Shown here one piece after another: positions 14,141-25,057 of a DNA stretch of 64,000 nt; within the stretch, counting starts at the first letter, position 1, and the number at the start of each line of letters is the position of its first letter. Origin of the DNA: Octopus sinensis (taxonomy: Eukaryota). A program made the translations under genes and the position numbers. The notes beneath the pieces were generated by a model. The model did no database searches, was not told the origin of the DNA, and was given only the letters and a program-made list of their open reading frames with translations. The stretch is from positions 68,696,001 to 68,760,000 of the forward strand of contig NC_043007.1 of the NCBI RefSeq assembly GCF_006345805.1, in the 5' to 3' direction.

Positions 14141-14536
14141 CTTTATATATAAAAGTCAAGTTGCGTGTCTGTCTCCTACGATTTAGATTCCTAACTACTC
14201 CCACATTTTGCGGTGCAGTGTAACCAAAACCGGGTATCTTATAGTCGTGAGTCATATCGAGCCCTTCTGGGTATTAGCGCGCGTCTACGATGAGTCTACG
14301 ATTTAAAAAAATTTACCATCATATTTTTCCATTTTAATGCATTTTTTTCGCTATTATATAAGGGAAGTAACTCTCTAAAAATATCTACGACGTGTCAACG
14401 ATTTAAAAAGAAATTTACCTTAATTTTTTTTCCATTTTTAATGCATTTTTTTCCTATTTTTTGGCTATAACTCTCTAAAAATGCTTATATAGTTATTTCC
14501 CTTACAAACCCGAGCAACGCCGGGCGATACTGCTAG
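14140..14536 (+). mobile_element. Complete non-autonomous Helitron (397 bp), shorter relative of 11914-12539
   Basis: A|TC start, same CCCGAGCAACGCCGGG hairpin, CTAG|T end. Lacks the segment corresponding to ~12130-12280. Confidence 0.9.
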
Positions 14537-15108
14537 TATATATATATATATATATGTGTGTATGATCCCACGTATGTATTTACATACATATGCATATTGT
14601 AGATTTTCTTTGTATGAGGATTCTTGATTTCAGCACATTTTTTTTACCAATTTTGTGCCCCTTTCTTACTTTATTTTGGAAGATTTCTTTTTCTTTTTTG
14701 CGTTCTGACACATATTAGTCAATAAAGAAGTTTTTCAGGTATCTACGGTTTCTATTACTTTTTCTCTGGTAACTTGTTTACTACATGTTTTACATTATCC
14801 TATTTTACATCAAATTTTCTTTCCTTTCTCCGTTTCTTCTCTCTCTATTCTTTTCATATGTTCTTGATGCTCTTGTGCCTCACATGCTGTCTCATAACTA
14901 CCGCCCGAGCTTTTATGATCTAGTTCTGCTTCCTCTCTCCCTCAAACAATTATGTTTCCTAGCACTAATAAACGTACCGCATTTGTCTATATGCCATTGA
15001 GGAGAGAAGCCGGAAACTCGGAAGTGTTATACACCGCGTCTGGATATTTACCACCTCCGTGGTTCCGCTCGCTATGATACTTATGTACCTCAAATCTTAT
15101 ATATATAT

Positions 15109-15157
<49 letters not shown>

Positions 15158-15199
15158 TATATACACATATATATATATATATATATATGTATACATAGT

Positions 15200-15400
15200 T
15201 AATCCAAGCATGAACAAAGAGAAGACACAACAACGCGAGGACGTGGAACAAGTATAGTGTTATTGGACGCTCGGGAAAAGAAAGAAGGAAGGAAGATCTA
15301 ACGTTTCGAGCGGAGCTCTTCGTCAGAAACATCGAAAAAGGAAAGGTCCAAGAAAGAAAATCACCAACGATACACCCGCGGTCACATATTGAAAATATGT
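15200..15400 (-). mobile_element. Penelope-like terminal repeat (pLTR) remnant containing a hammerhead motif
   Basis: Contains CTGACGAAGAGCTCCGCTCGAAACGTT and ends in (TA)n. TGTGACCGCG.GTGTA.CGTTGG recurs at ~55010. Confidence 0.6.
15295..15333 (-). ncRNA. Minimal type-I hammerhead ribozyme motif (CUGACGA + extra A, stem II GAGC/GCUC, GAAACGUU)
   Basis: Core nucleotides and stem II are intact; palindromic ACGT stem III; stem I is weak (UUU/AGA). Confidence 0.55.
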
Positions 15401-17199
15401 ATATATATATATACGTAATCTCGCATAATTATCTAATATTTTCTCGCATTGTATATGTTTCCGATTCCGCCTCCCAGTATATCTTCTTTCCATAAAATTC
15501 GTTAACTGTTTTTTTCTTGTTATTTACTTGAATAGTAAAAAATACGTCGAATTGCTATGAAAAAGATATACGCAATTGCGAGGAAAATGTCATTGATAAT
15601 GGTCATTGTAATTGTCAGCAGCCAAATCAAATGTTAATCTTCCTTATCATTACATTTTTTCCCATGTCAGCGTTGTATGGCGGCTTATATTCTGGACTAT
15701 TCCAGGCTAGTAGTACCTAACCTATGATTAATATCTTCATGACGTTTTATATTATATTATGCATCAAATATCAATGTTGTTCTGTGGATATTTCCTGGAA
15801 CGTTTAACAAAATCTATTTTTGTATCTGATTTCAAACCCTCCCTTCTTTTATAGCAGAAAAATACCATTCAATTTATTAAGAAAAGAATAAAAACAAAAC
15901 ACAGGAAGATATAGCTAATATGAAAGTATTCAAATAACTCTAAATAAGATGGTTCGTTCACTATTATATCCAGTAATTTACTGCATCATGTACCAAAAAT
16001 ACAAATATAAATGTTATGGTCGGTGATCTCCAATGTTCTGTAACAAACTGTTTATTTTCTTTTGCTTGGTTACATGGTTGAATATTGCGCATTGTTGATA
16101 ATGATTGCTCTAGTAATAACCACAACAAATAAACTATCCATTGAAAGCAGTGGAAATGGAACATGGGATAAATCCTCCCAGAAGGTACATATTACTTCAT
16201 CACACCGTGTAGTCTATTTCTCAATGCAAAAACTGTCTTAGTGTGGGTGTAAGTAAAACAGATACACTATCAATTTAATAAGATCAATTTCCTCGTTATT
16301 ATTTCCGCTATTAAGAACAACGTCTTATGACTAGTGAAGAAAAATAATCCCAAGTTAAGCTGCTTCATTTTATAAATAGATTGATAGATTAGAAAATAGC
16401 TTTAAAAATCTCAAACACTAAGAAGGCATGAAAATAGTGAAATTACCGGATTACCCACCTCCAATAAAATATTCAAATTAATAAAACCGAAAATTGAGTA
16501 AAGGATTCAAATATAATTATAATTATATGTAACAGAAAGAAATCGAAATACCCTTAAAATGCTACAAAATAAAATGAATGATTAAATGTTTGCGAGAAGC
16601 CCCGAGAAGAATTTTGAAAACAAAATAATTGATAAGGGCTGGAATTAATGAGAATCAATCGTTTCAATATTAGCAATGTTTCCAGGAAGTTTCATGTGAA
16701 AGCAACTTTTTAAAAGATGAAATATTTTAACTGATGTATATTTTGCTTCACTAAGAAAATTTAAGTCATAGTGGGACCTTTATAAAGGAATTGGATTCCA
16801 GTAATTTGATAACACTTACTTCAGTTATAGGGCTCGAACTAATAGTTCGTTATGGTAAAAGGTGAACTATTTAAGGAGAGGAGCATGCCCATTCCATAGA
16901 CCAACTTATTTTAACTACTTAAAGGATTAAATGCAAAGCCGGCCTTGGCGGAATTTGAACGTAAAGAGCCAGAAAAAAATGCAGTTGAACAATTTTGTTT
17001 GATGTACTGACAATTCTACAAGTTCACTACCTCAATCCTCAAACTAATAATGGACTCCTATATGTTAACTCAACATTCTAGAAACAACAGCCAAATTCCC
17101 CATATATTACAACATGCTGTTATAAAAAAAAAGGGAATAATATATTTCAAAATAGATCCCCAGTTATACAAAAACATTTCTTTAATTCACCGTAAGTCT

Positions 17200-18000
17200 G
17201 TTTGATGAACACTGATTGCAGAGAAACGGCAGTAACGCTCTGGGAGCTACGAGTATATTTGACCTGCGGCACGAAAGTAGTTGAGAATGATGTGATATGC
17301 AACTTCTTTAAAACTTTACAAATGCGCACTAAGTTCCACCACTCTCATATTGGCTGCTTTTCATTATGGTTGCTGCTAGAATAATCATTCACGGTAATGT
17401 TCAATATTTAAGCGTACAAGCAGGTAAAAAGAAATTATGGTTTGTTATAGAAATTTGGACAGTAAGTGTACATAACTTTTATGATATTTGCTTTGTGGGT
17501 ACTCGGTGCAGCAAATTACAGTATACAATGGTAAAGGGAAAATCTTATTTAGATTTGTTTGAATACATTGATTTTTAGCTTTTATTTTATTTTTTCTTAT
17601 AAAAACAGATGGACAGAACATGAGGTGAGGGTTATTTGTCTGCCCTAAAGGAGGAGACGTTCTGAAATTAGATACAACAAAAGATTTTGTTAACCGTTTC
17701 AGCGAACATCAACTGAACAGCATCGATATTTGATGTACAATATAAAACGGCATGAAAGATATAAATCATAGGTTAGCTACTGCTAGACTGGAATATTCCA
17801 GAATATACGCCGCCATACAGTGCTGACATGGGAAAAAATGTAATGATGTAGAAGATAACGTTTGATTTAGCTGCTGACAACTACAATGACCACTATTAAT
17901 GAAGTTTCCATAGAAAAATTGCGCTTGTTATTTTCATCACAATTCAACGTGGAATTCTATTATCCGAGTAGATAACAAAAATGAACACATAATGAAACCT
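17200..18000 (+). mobile_element. Very old RTE-like reverse transcriptase remnant
   Basis: Fragments VVENDVICNFFKT (cf. V.VNG..GD.F.T..GVRQG), VMFNI and KDINHRLATAR (cf. DI..RIA.A) occur in RT order, with many stops. Confidence 0.4.
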
Positions 18001-18393
18001 ATGAATAGAGGAAATAGTGCAGAAAATTGAAAAAAACACACACAAAAAAACGTTATAATGTAGGATAATGTAAAAACAAATAATCGAAAAGTACTAACCA
18101 CAACTGAACTAATGCATTATAATGGAAAATTATCCAATCAGAAAGTTCCAAAGTATTTAATGTGAAATAAAAAAAAGGCACAATCATTTCTTATTTATTA
18201 TTCAGTGTATTGTTAAAAAGATATATGAAACTTTAATAAAATATCATTTTAACAGTATAAATGTGTAGTAATCAGAAATATTTTTTTAAATATAGAAAAA
18301 AGATTTTTTACTTATTTTGGATTTTAGTAGAATATTATTTTATTTTTCTGTGATGCAGATAAGTTTTAGAACATCGTAAAATAATATAGGTTA

Positions 18394-18814
18394 GAAATTT
18401 TGGCACAAGGCCAACGAGCTCGGGGATGAGGGTAAGTCGATTACGTCGACCCCAGTCATCAATTGCTACGTGTTTTATCGACCCTGAGCAGCAAAGTTCG
18501 ACCTCGGCGGAATTTGAACTAAGACGGACGAAATGCTGCTAAGCATTTTGTCCGGCGTGCTAACGATTCTGCCAGCTCGCCAATCCTGTTTCTCTACTAC
18601 CCACAAGGGGGTAAACACAGAGAGGACAAACAAGGACAGAAAAACGAATTAAGTCGATTATATCGACCCCAGTGCGTAACTGGCACTGAATTTATCGACC
18701 CCGAAAGGATGAAAGGCAAAGTCGAGCTCGGCGGAATTTGAACTAAGAACGTAACGGCAGACGAAATACGGCTACGCATTTCGCCCGGCGTGCTCACGTT
18801 ACTGCCAGCTCGCC
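18394..18814 (-). mobile_element. Two adjacent tRNA-derived SINE copies
   Basis: Same family motifs as 6444-6677. Confidence 0.85.
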
Positions 18815-19553
18815 AATCCTATTAGCATCCTTTGTATCTAATTCCATGTCTTAGATGCTGCAAGTAAATTGATAATATTTTAGATAATAATATGCTGATT
18901 CCTGAAACAGTGTAACGACCTTCATCAACAGTAATCATAAAATTATATTGAAAAACGAATATTTTCATATTTATGATTTCATCTGCATTATTATTATGGA
19001 GAATCAGTTAGTGACCTGTAAATAGATAAGCTGTCCACGCTTTATTTGTTATATCCAAATTAAGTCTCACCCTCGACTTTCTTCATTTTTTTTAATGACG
19101 ATAAGAATTAATGGAATAACGTATGTGCTCAGCATATTCTGTAAGATATTGAAATAAAATTCCAGCAACGGTGAGTGAACTTGCCATGCTAGAACCAAAA
19201 TATCGAATTATTATCCAATCCGCCATTAGAGGCACTCCAGCATAGACTTAACGTAAAAAGCAAAAACTTGCATCTTACATCAATGGGAGACATTATTTCA
19301 CATGAACAGACACACGTACAGACACACAGACACACACACACACGACACGCACATGCACACATACACACACACACACTCATATATATATATGCATATATAC
19401 ATACACATATATGTATATAATATACATATATAATGTACATATATATACATAAATATACATAAATATATATACTTTGATACTTTGATAGGTTTCGGCCATT
19501 ATTGGCCCAGGCCATGTCTAACTTAATAGCACCACCTGGTGAAGTCTTTCAAG

Positions 19554-22500
19554 TCAGAATTTGGGCACTATGGCCCACTCAAGTAGAGAGTTATTGTTTA
19601 CAGAGACATATCCGGGTGTAGGGGGTTTATCCGGGATTTCTTGAAGGAATCTGTCCAAAGACTTCTTGAACCCTATAGGGTCAGTTTCTGTTTTAATGTG
19701 TTTTGGTGTAATGTTAAAGAGAGCGGGGCCAATTGAGGTGAAATAATTGTGCCGTATTGTTGTTATGAGATGAGAGTGCGATTTTTTTTTGGGCGGATGG
19801 CACGGGGCCCAAGCCTTGGATGTACCTTAAAGGTGATGCCAACATCATTTGGGCAATGCTGATGGAATATTTTCCACATCATGCAGATGATTGTAGCGCT
19901 CACGACGACGTTGGAGAGAATAGAGTTTTAGCTTTTCTAGTCGACCCCAATAGTCGAGGCCTGTCATGCATCTATCTTTTTTGTGATTGCCCTTTGAGGT
20001 GCTTCAACTTTTATGATACCTTGTATTGTGTGGGGAGACCACAGTGGACAACAGTATTCAAGGTGGGGTCGGGCAAAGGTGGAGAGAGAAGGATAATGGT
20101 GTGGATATCTCTCGACTGGAAAGTTCTGAGAATCCAGAAAACACATGCTGCGGGCCATGTCAACTTTGGTGTTTATATGAGTGGCCCAGCTTATGTTGTT
20201 GTCCACAATTACTCCCAGGTCTCTGATGTTGTTGGACGCCGCGAGAGTTTCACCTGAAGGAAGGGAGTATGGAGTTTCAGGGCATCCTCTTTTCCAAAGT
20301 GGATTAGCTCAAATTTATCCTCGTTCAGCAGCATATTGTTTTTTTCTGCCCATTGGATAACAGCCAGTAGATCTGACTGAAGGCATGTCCGGTCACTCGC
20401 CTCATTTATGACCTTCTGTAGCTTGGAGTCATCTGCAAAGATTTTTATGTTGCTGTGCTTGATGATGTCATTAATGTCATTAATGTAAATGATGAAAAGG
20501 AGTGGGCCCAGCACAGTGCCTTGCGGAACGCCACTACTGACTTTGGCTGGGCTTGATTTTACCTCTTCAACTACAACATGTTGAGATCTGTCTGTCAGGA
20601 AACACTTGATCCATTTCAGTAACTTTCCAGAGACACCAATGTTGGATAGTTTTTTCAATAGGATCTTGTGATCGACCCTGTCGAAGGCCTTACTGAAATC
20701 AAGGTAGATGACATCGGTGTTGGAGCCTCTCCCAAAGCTCTCAAAATGTCCTCAAAGTGATGCAGGAGCTGCGTTAGGCAGTCCCTTCCATTACGGAACC
20801 CATGTTGGTTGGAGATCAGCCGTCTGTTGCTTTCCAGAAATTGGGTTATTCGAGATCTCACCACCCTCTCAAATACCTTGATGATATGAGAGGTGAGTGA
20901 GATCGGACGGTAATTCACTGCAAGGGACTTGTTTCCCTTTTTGAAAACTGGGACAACAGACTGGGACAGAGGTTTTTTGGAATATAGCCAGCATCCAGTG
21001 AGTTTCTCCACAGATTAGCAAGGGGAGATGCAAGTTGGTGTCGACACACCTTCAGGACACAAGCAGGGAACCTATCGGGGCCTACTGCTGAATTGTGTTT
21101 TATTTCGTTTATCGCCGCTAAGACATCAGGGGCACTAAGCGTTATGTCCGATATAGTGTGTTGGGGGTTGACATCACTGATACAGCCCAGATCGGCCATA
21201 TCAGGATTGCTGAAAACAGAGCAGTATTGTTTCTGCAGTATCTCGGCCATGGATTTGGCATTATCTTAGAGAGTGCCAGTTTCGTCAATTAGAGGGCCTA
21301 CAGTGGAGACAGTGACCCTGCGTTTCCTCGCAAATGAAAAGAACACTTTGGGGTTGAGTTTGATTTTTTCAATGGCCCACTTCTCCTCAGCTGATCTTTG
21401 GTTATTGATGAGGGTCTTCATGCATTGTTGGAGGTTATATTTTTTGGATTCAAGCAGTGCGATAGCCGTCAAATGTGTGTGTTGCTGTTGGCAGTACTTT
21501 AGTTTGTTAATTTTTTTGTTTGTTCTTTTTATTTTTCTGATAATGGTTTTTCTGTTTTGAGGGATTCTGCACTTTTTGTTCACAGGTCTTGGTGGGGAGT
21601 GTTTTGCACATATGTCTGTGACGGTGTCTACAAAGATCTGCCAAGATGTTTTATGGTTGGTGGAGATGTGTGTATGTGTAAAGGACCAGTCAACATGTGA
21701 TAGCTCGTTCCTGATTGCATCCCAGTTGGCATTATGGAGATCCATGTTGTCAAATGGGTGGGCTGGAGGAAGGTCACTAGGATTAGCTTTCGGCTGGTGG
21801 AATTTCATGTTACAGAGAACCATGTCATGGTCTGAAAGAAAGGTTGTTTCCACTGTAACGTTATGTATAGTGTTAGTGTGGTTACTAAACACTAGGTCCA
21901 AAATGTTCTGATGTCTTGTTGGTGCAAGGACAAGTTGGGAGAAGAAAAACTCATTCGTAAAGTCGAAAAGTGACTCTGCTGCTTCTTTGTCAGCGGTTGA
22001 GGCGGGAGTGCTTGGTTTCAAACAGTTTGTAGTCCAGTCAACACAGGGTAGATTGAAGTCTCCCATCATGAGTATGTTGCTAGAATGGCACTGTTGAATA
22101 AAGCACTTAATGCTGTTGAGGCATTCTTTAAAGCACAGTATGGGTGTTTGGGGCGGCCTATAGAGCCCAATTACTGTCAGGTCATTGGCTTTGTTGTGCA
22201 CGGTGACTGATTCACAGTAGCCGTTGGAGAATATACTATTTCCATCTGCCGTAAATGAATCATGCAGGAAAATGGCAGTTCCACCCTTCCTCCTGCCGAT
22301 ACGATCCGCGCGGATGGTTGTGAAATTCTTCACTCTCACTTCGGCTTCCAAGTGGGAGTTGTCAAGGTGGGTCTCAGTGAGAATGAAGAAAGGGATGTGG
22401 TGTGAATGGTTACCAACCCAGTCTTCGATGAATTGGACCTTCCATTTTTGTGCATTGATGGAAGGACTGACACCTTGTGCATTGAGTAGGAATGTGGAGG

Positions 22501-22681
22501 TTAGTGTAGTGGCTGGTTTTGACTGTTGCAGGGGGCTTGGATTTTTTGTGTGTGTTAGTGGCAGCAATGTGGGGAATTGGTGCACTGGGGTAATAGCATA
22601 GGATGGTGTTGAGTGATGGTTAGAATGTTTTTGTGTATCTCTTTTGCCATGTTCAACATGGCTAAAAAAGAATTTTCCTGC
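19554..22681 (-). pseudogene. LINE ORF2: APE endonuclease + reverse transcriptase, with one in-frame stop (21266) and several frameshifts
   Basis: EN motifs LLNAQG, ILTETHL, RADR..RRKGGTAIF, LYRPP, MGDFNLP, ILDLVFSN, SDH. RT motifs NYRPISLTS, QHGFR, YLDFSKAFDRVDH, SGVPQGTVLGPLLF, FADD. C-terminus FKKSLDRFLQEIPDKP...NNNSL ending at TGA 19554. Confidence 0.93.
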
Positions 22682-23786
22682 TTAGGGAGCAGTTTTTGGC
22701 TGGAGGTGTGGTTGCACTGTTGGATAGGGTTGTAGTTTCCACTTTTGTTGTTGTTGTTTTTGTAACTTCCTGAAAAGACTGGACCAGCATTACTGCAGCA
22801 TGGTGTGTTTCTATTTTTATTTTTATTCAGGTTTGTATGTTGGCTTGAAGCCCCGTTTCTGTTTGTGCGTCGAGTCCCTGGAAGATGAGTGAAGGGACAG
22901 TCACTCAGCAGACATGTTCTCTCACGTTGGGAATACCGGCAGATTTTGGGACTCCGAGTTGTGTGTGTTTTGAATTTCGATTTACTATTTGGTGGTGTTG
23001 ATGTTATTGTGGGATGCGTGCTTTGGCCTTGGCCGGTAGTGCGTCTAGTGCCGGGTAGATGCGTGAAGATGCAGTCACTATTTGTGCAGAGTCTCTGGCG
23101 CAGTGAATAGCGGCATATTTGGGGATTTCTTGTTTGTGCCGTGGGGGGGGGGGCGCATTGTGCTTCCTATGTTTCTTTAAGTTTTTGTTGCTGCAGTAGT
23201 ATTGAGGTGGTGATGTGGGGGAAGACGGCAGTGGTTTCTTATTTGGTTTTCTGTTGGTATTTTTGGTGATAGAAGACGATGGTGGCAGCGGTGGTGATGA
23301 TGATGATGATAATTGTGGTGGTTGCCGTGAGAGCGGTGAAAAGATACTGGCATTTAGTGAATCATCTAGTAAGCTAGAGTTGAGGAGTGGCTGTTGTTGT
23401 TCTTGTTGCTGTGGCTGTTGTTGTTGTTGCGCTTGACCGATGTTAGGGTCAGCCATTGTGCTGGGAACCAGGAGTGGCTCATTCTGTTGTTGTTGTTGTT
23501 GTGGCTGCTGATTTTCTAGCTGTTGCTGTTCTTGAACTGTGAAAATATGAAGAAGCTTTTCATAATGGCCTTTTGTCAGTTTGAAAGATACTTCGATATG
23601 TTTCAGTTTGCTATGAATCTGTTTGACGGATCGTGTGTTGACCACTTGTGATGTTTTTTCGGCAATCTCATTCAAACACAAAACATTTAGATTTTCTATT
23701 TGGGAAAGAGAGAACCATGTGTTTATTAAAACATCAATTTCGTTATCAGACCAATTTCGTCTGTTGCAGGCCTGCAAGTTAGTCAT
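22555..23786 (-). CDS. LINE ORF1 (~410 aa if one base is restored in the G11 run at 23143-23153): Myb/SANT-like domain, poly-Q/S, two CCCH zinc fingers
   Basis: ATG at 23786 (MTNLQACNRRNWSDNEIDVLINTW...RSVKQIHSKLKHI). In the -1 frame after the G run: CRYSLRQRLCTNSDCIFTH and CRYSQRERTCLLSDCPFTH, open to TAA at 22555 (translated by hand). Confidence 0.75.
22646..22669 (-). promoter_or_regulatory. Putative -1 ribosomal frameshift signal (U UUU UUA + 7-bp hairpin GCCAUGU-UGA-ACAUGGC)
   Basis: The heptamer is correctly phased in the ORF1 frame, and the -1 frame is ORF2. ORF2 opens just upstream (TAA at 22682-22684) and has no AUG before the EN motifs. Confidence 0.6.
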
Positions 23787-24962
23787 GTTTGTTTTTCTTT
23801 TGTTTGTTTTCCTTTTGATTTTTGAAAATATATATATTCTTTCTTGGGAGTTAAAGAAGTGTATATATATATAAATGTTCTCTCTTAAGGTGTGTGAGTT
23901 TTTGATTATTTGGTTGTTTGAGGATATTAAAAGAAAAACAGGTGTATATAACAATTTGTAGTTAAATGAAAACGTACTTACGGGTTTGTAGGCAAACACG
24001 TGGTTACAAATATATATATATTTAAGGTCAGTTAGGTTTTGAAGCTGTGTAGCTTGCTACTGACTTGGGAGAGAAACAAATAGACGTCCGTCCACTTCAA
24101 CAGTTAATCCAACATATATATACTCATATATATATATATATATGCACATGCATACATATATACAAACATATACATGTATATGTATACATATTCTACTCTT
24201 TCTCTATTTCTCATTCACTCTCTTCCTATATAAATATCTGCGCGTATATATGTTCATGTGTGCGTGTGTATGTGTGTATGTGTGTGTGTGTGTGTGTGTG
24301 CGTGTGAGTGCGTGTGTGTGCGTGCGTGTGTGTGCGTGCGTGTGTGTGTGTGTGTGTGGTGTGTGTGTGTGTGACATTAATGTATAATGAAATTAAGTTA
24401 TATTTAGAAATAAAATTCAGATATGCTCTATCAATTTAAATTTATTCATATAATTTCATTATATTGTTAGATGACATATTTTGCTGAATGAATCATTTGT
24501 CTTTTCAAAAATATCCTGTTTTTGTCTCATTTCTGATATGTACGTAAAATGACGTTGAAATTTTTCGGGAATTTTAGCAGATGGCTCGAAGACATTATAT
24601 GACAGCATGACAGCAATATACATTACGAAGGTTTCGAATTCATTTCAATAAACTGAATAATTGTTGCTGATGGTGCTAAACCAGATATATAAGCCGTACA
24701 TATATTCTGATGGGTGAAAATAAGCTTCAGAATGGTAAGGTGATAACTTATTAAAAACGATATATACATACATATATATATGTCTGTGTGTGTGTGAGTG
24801 TGTGTGTGTTGTGTGTGTGTGTGCGTGTGCGAGTGTGTGTGTGTTTATGCATGAATGTATAAATATATATATATATATATATACATATATCAAACAAATT
24901 ATAAACAGAACACAAAGGATATCGCGGTACACGATAAACGTACAGTATATATATATAATATA

Positions 24963-25022
<60 letters not shown>

Positions 25023-25057
25023 TATATATATATATATATATGTGTATATATATATAT

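Larger units (their letters stand above)
19468..24103 (-). mobile_element. Near full-length CR1/L2-group (Jockey superfamily) LINE, flanked by TA-rich microsatellite
   Basis: 5' UTR, ORF1, overlapping ORF2 (APE + RT) and 3' tail (TATCAAAG)2 at ~19468-19487. The exact 5' end is approximate. Confidence 0.93.

Noticed and set aside
16074-16184. Signal-peptide-like ORF MVEYCALLIMIALVITTTNKLSIESS...QK followed by GTACAT
   Set aside because: Weak donor, no supported downstream exon or homology; hydrophobic short ORFs are common in AT-rich DNA.
17150-17900. Apparent small exons with good splice sites (e.g. 17609-17624 followed by GTGAGG) and peptide DWNIPEYTPPYSAD
   Set aside because: The region as a whole follows RTE reverse-transcriptase motif order with many stops, so it is better explained as an old LINE fossil.
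23143-23153. G11 run as a second programmed frameshift within ORF1
   Set aside because: A homopolymer indel from slippage or assembly error is simpler; there is no canonical heptamer or stimulator.
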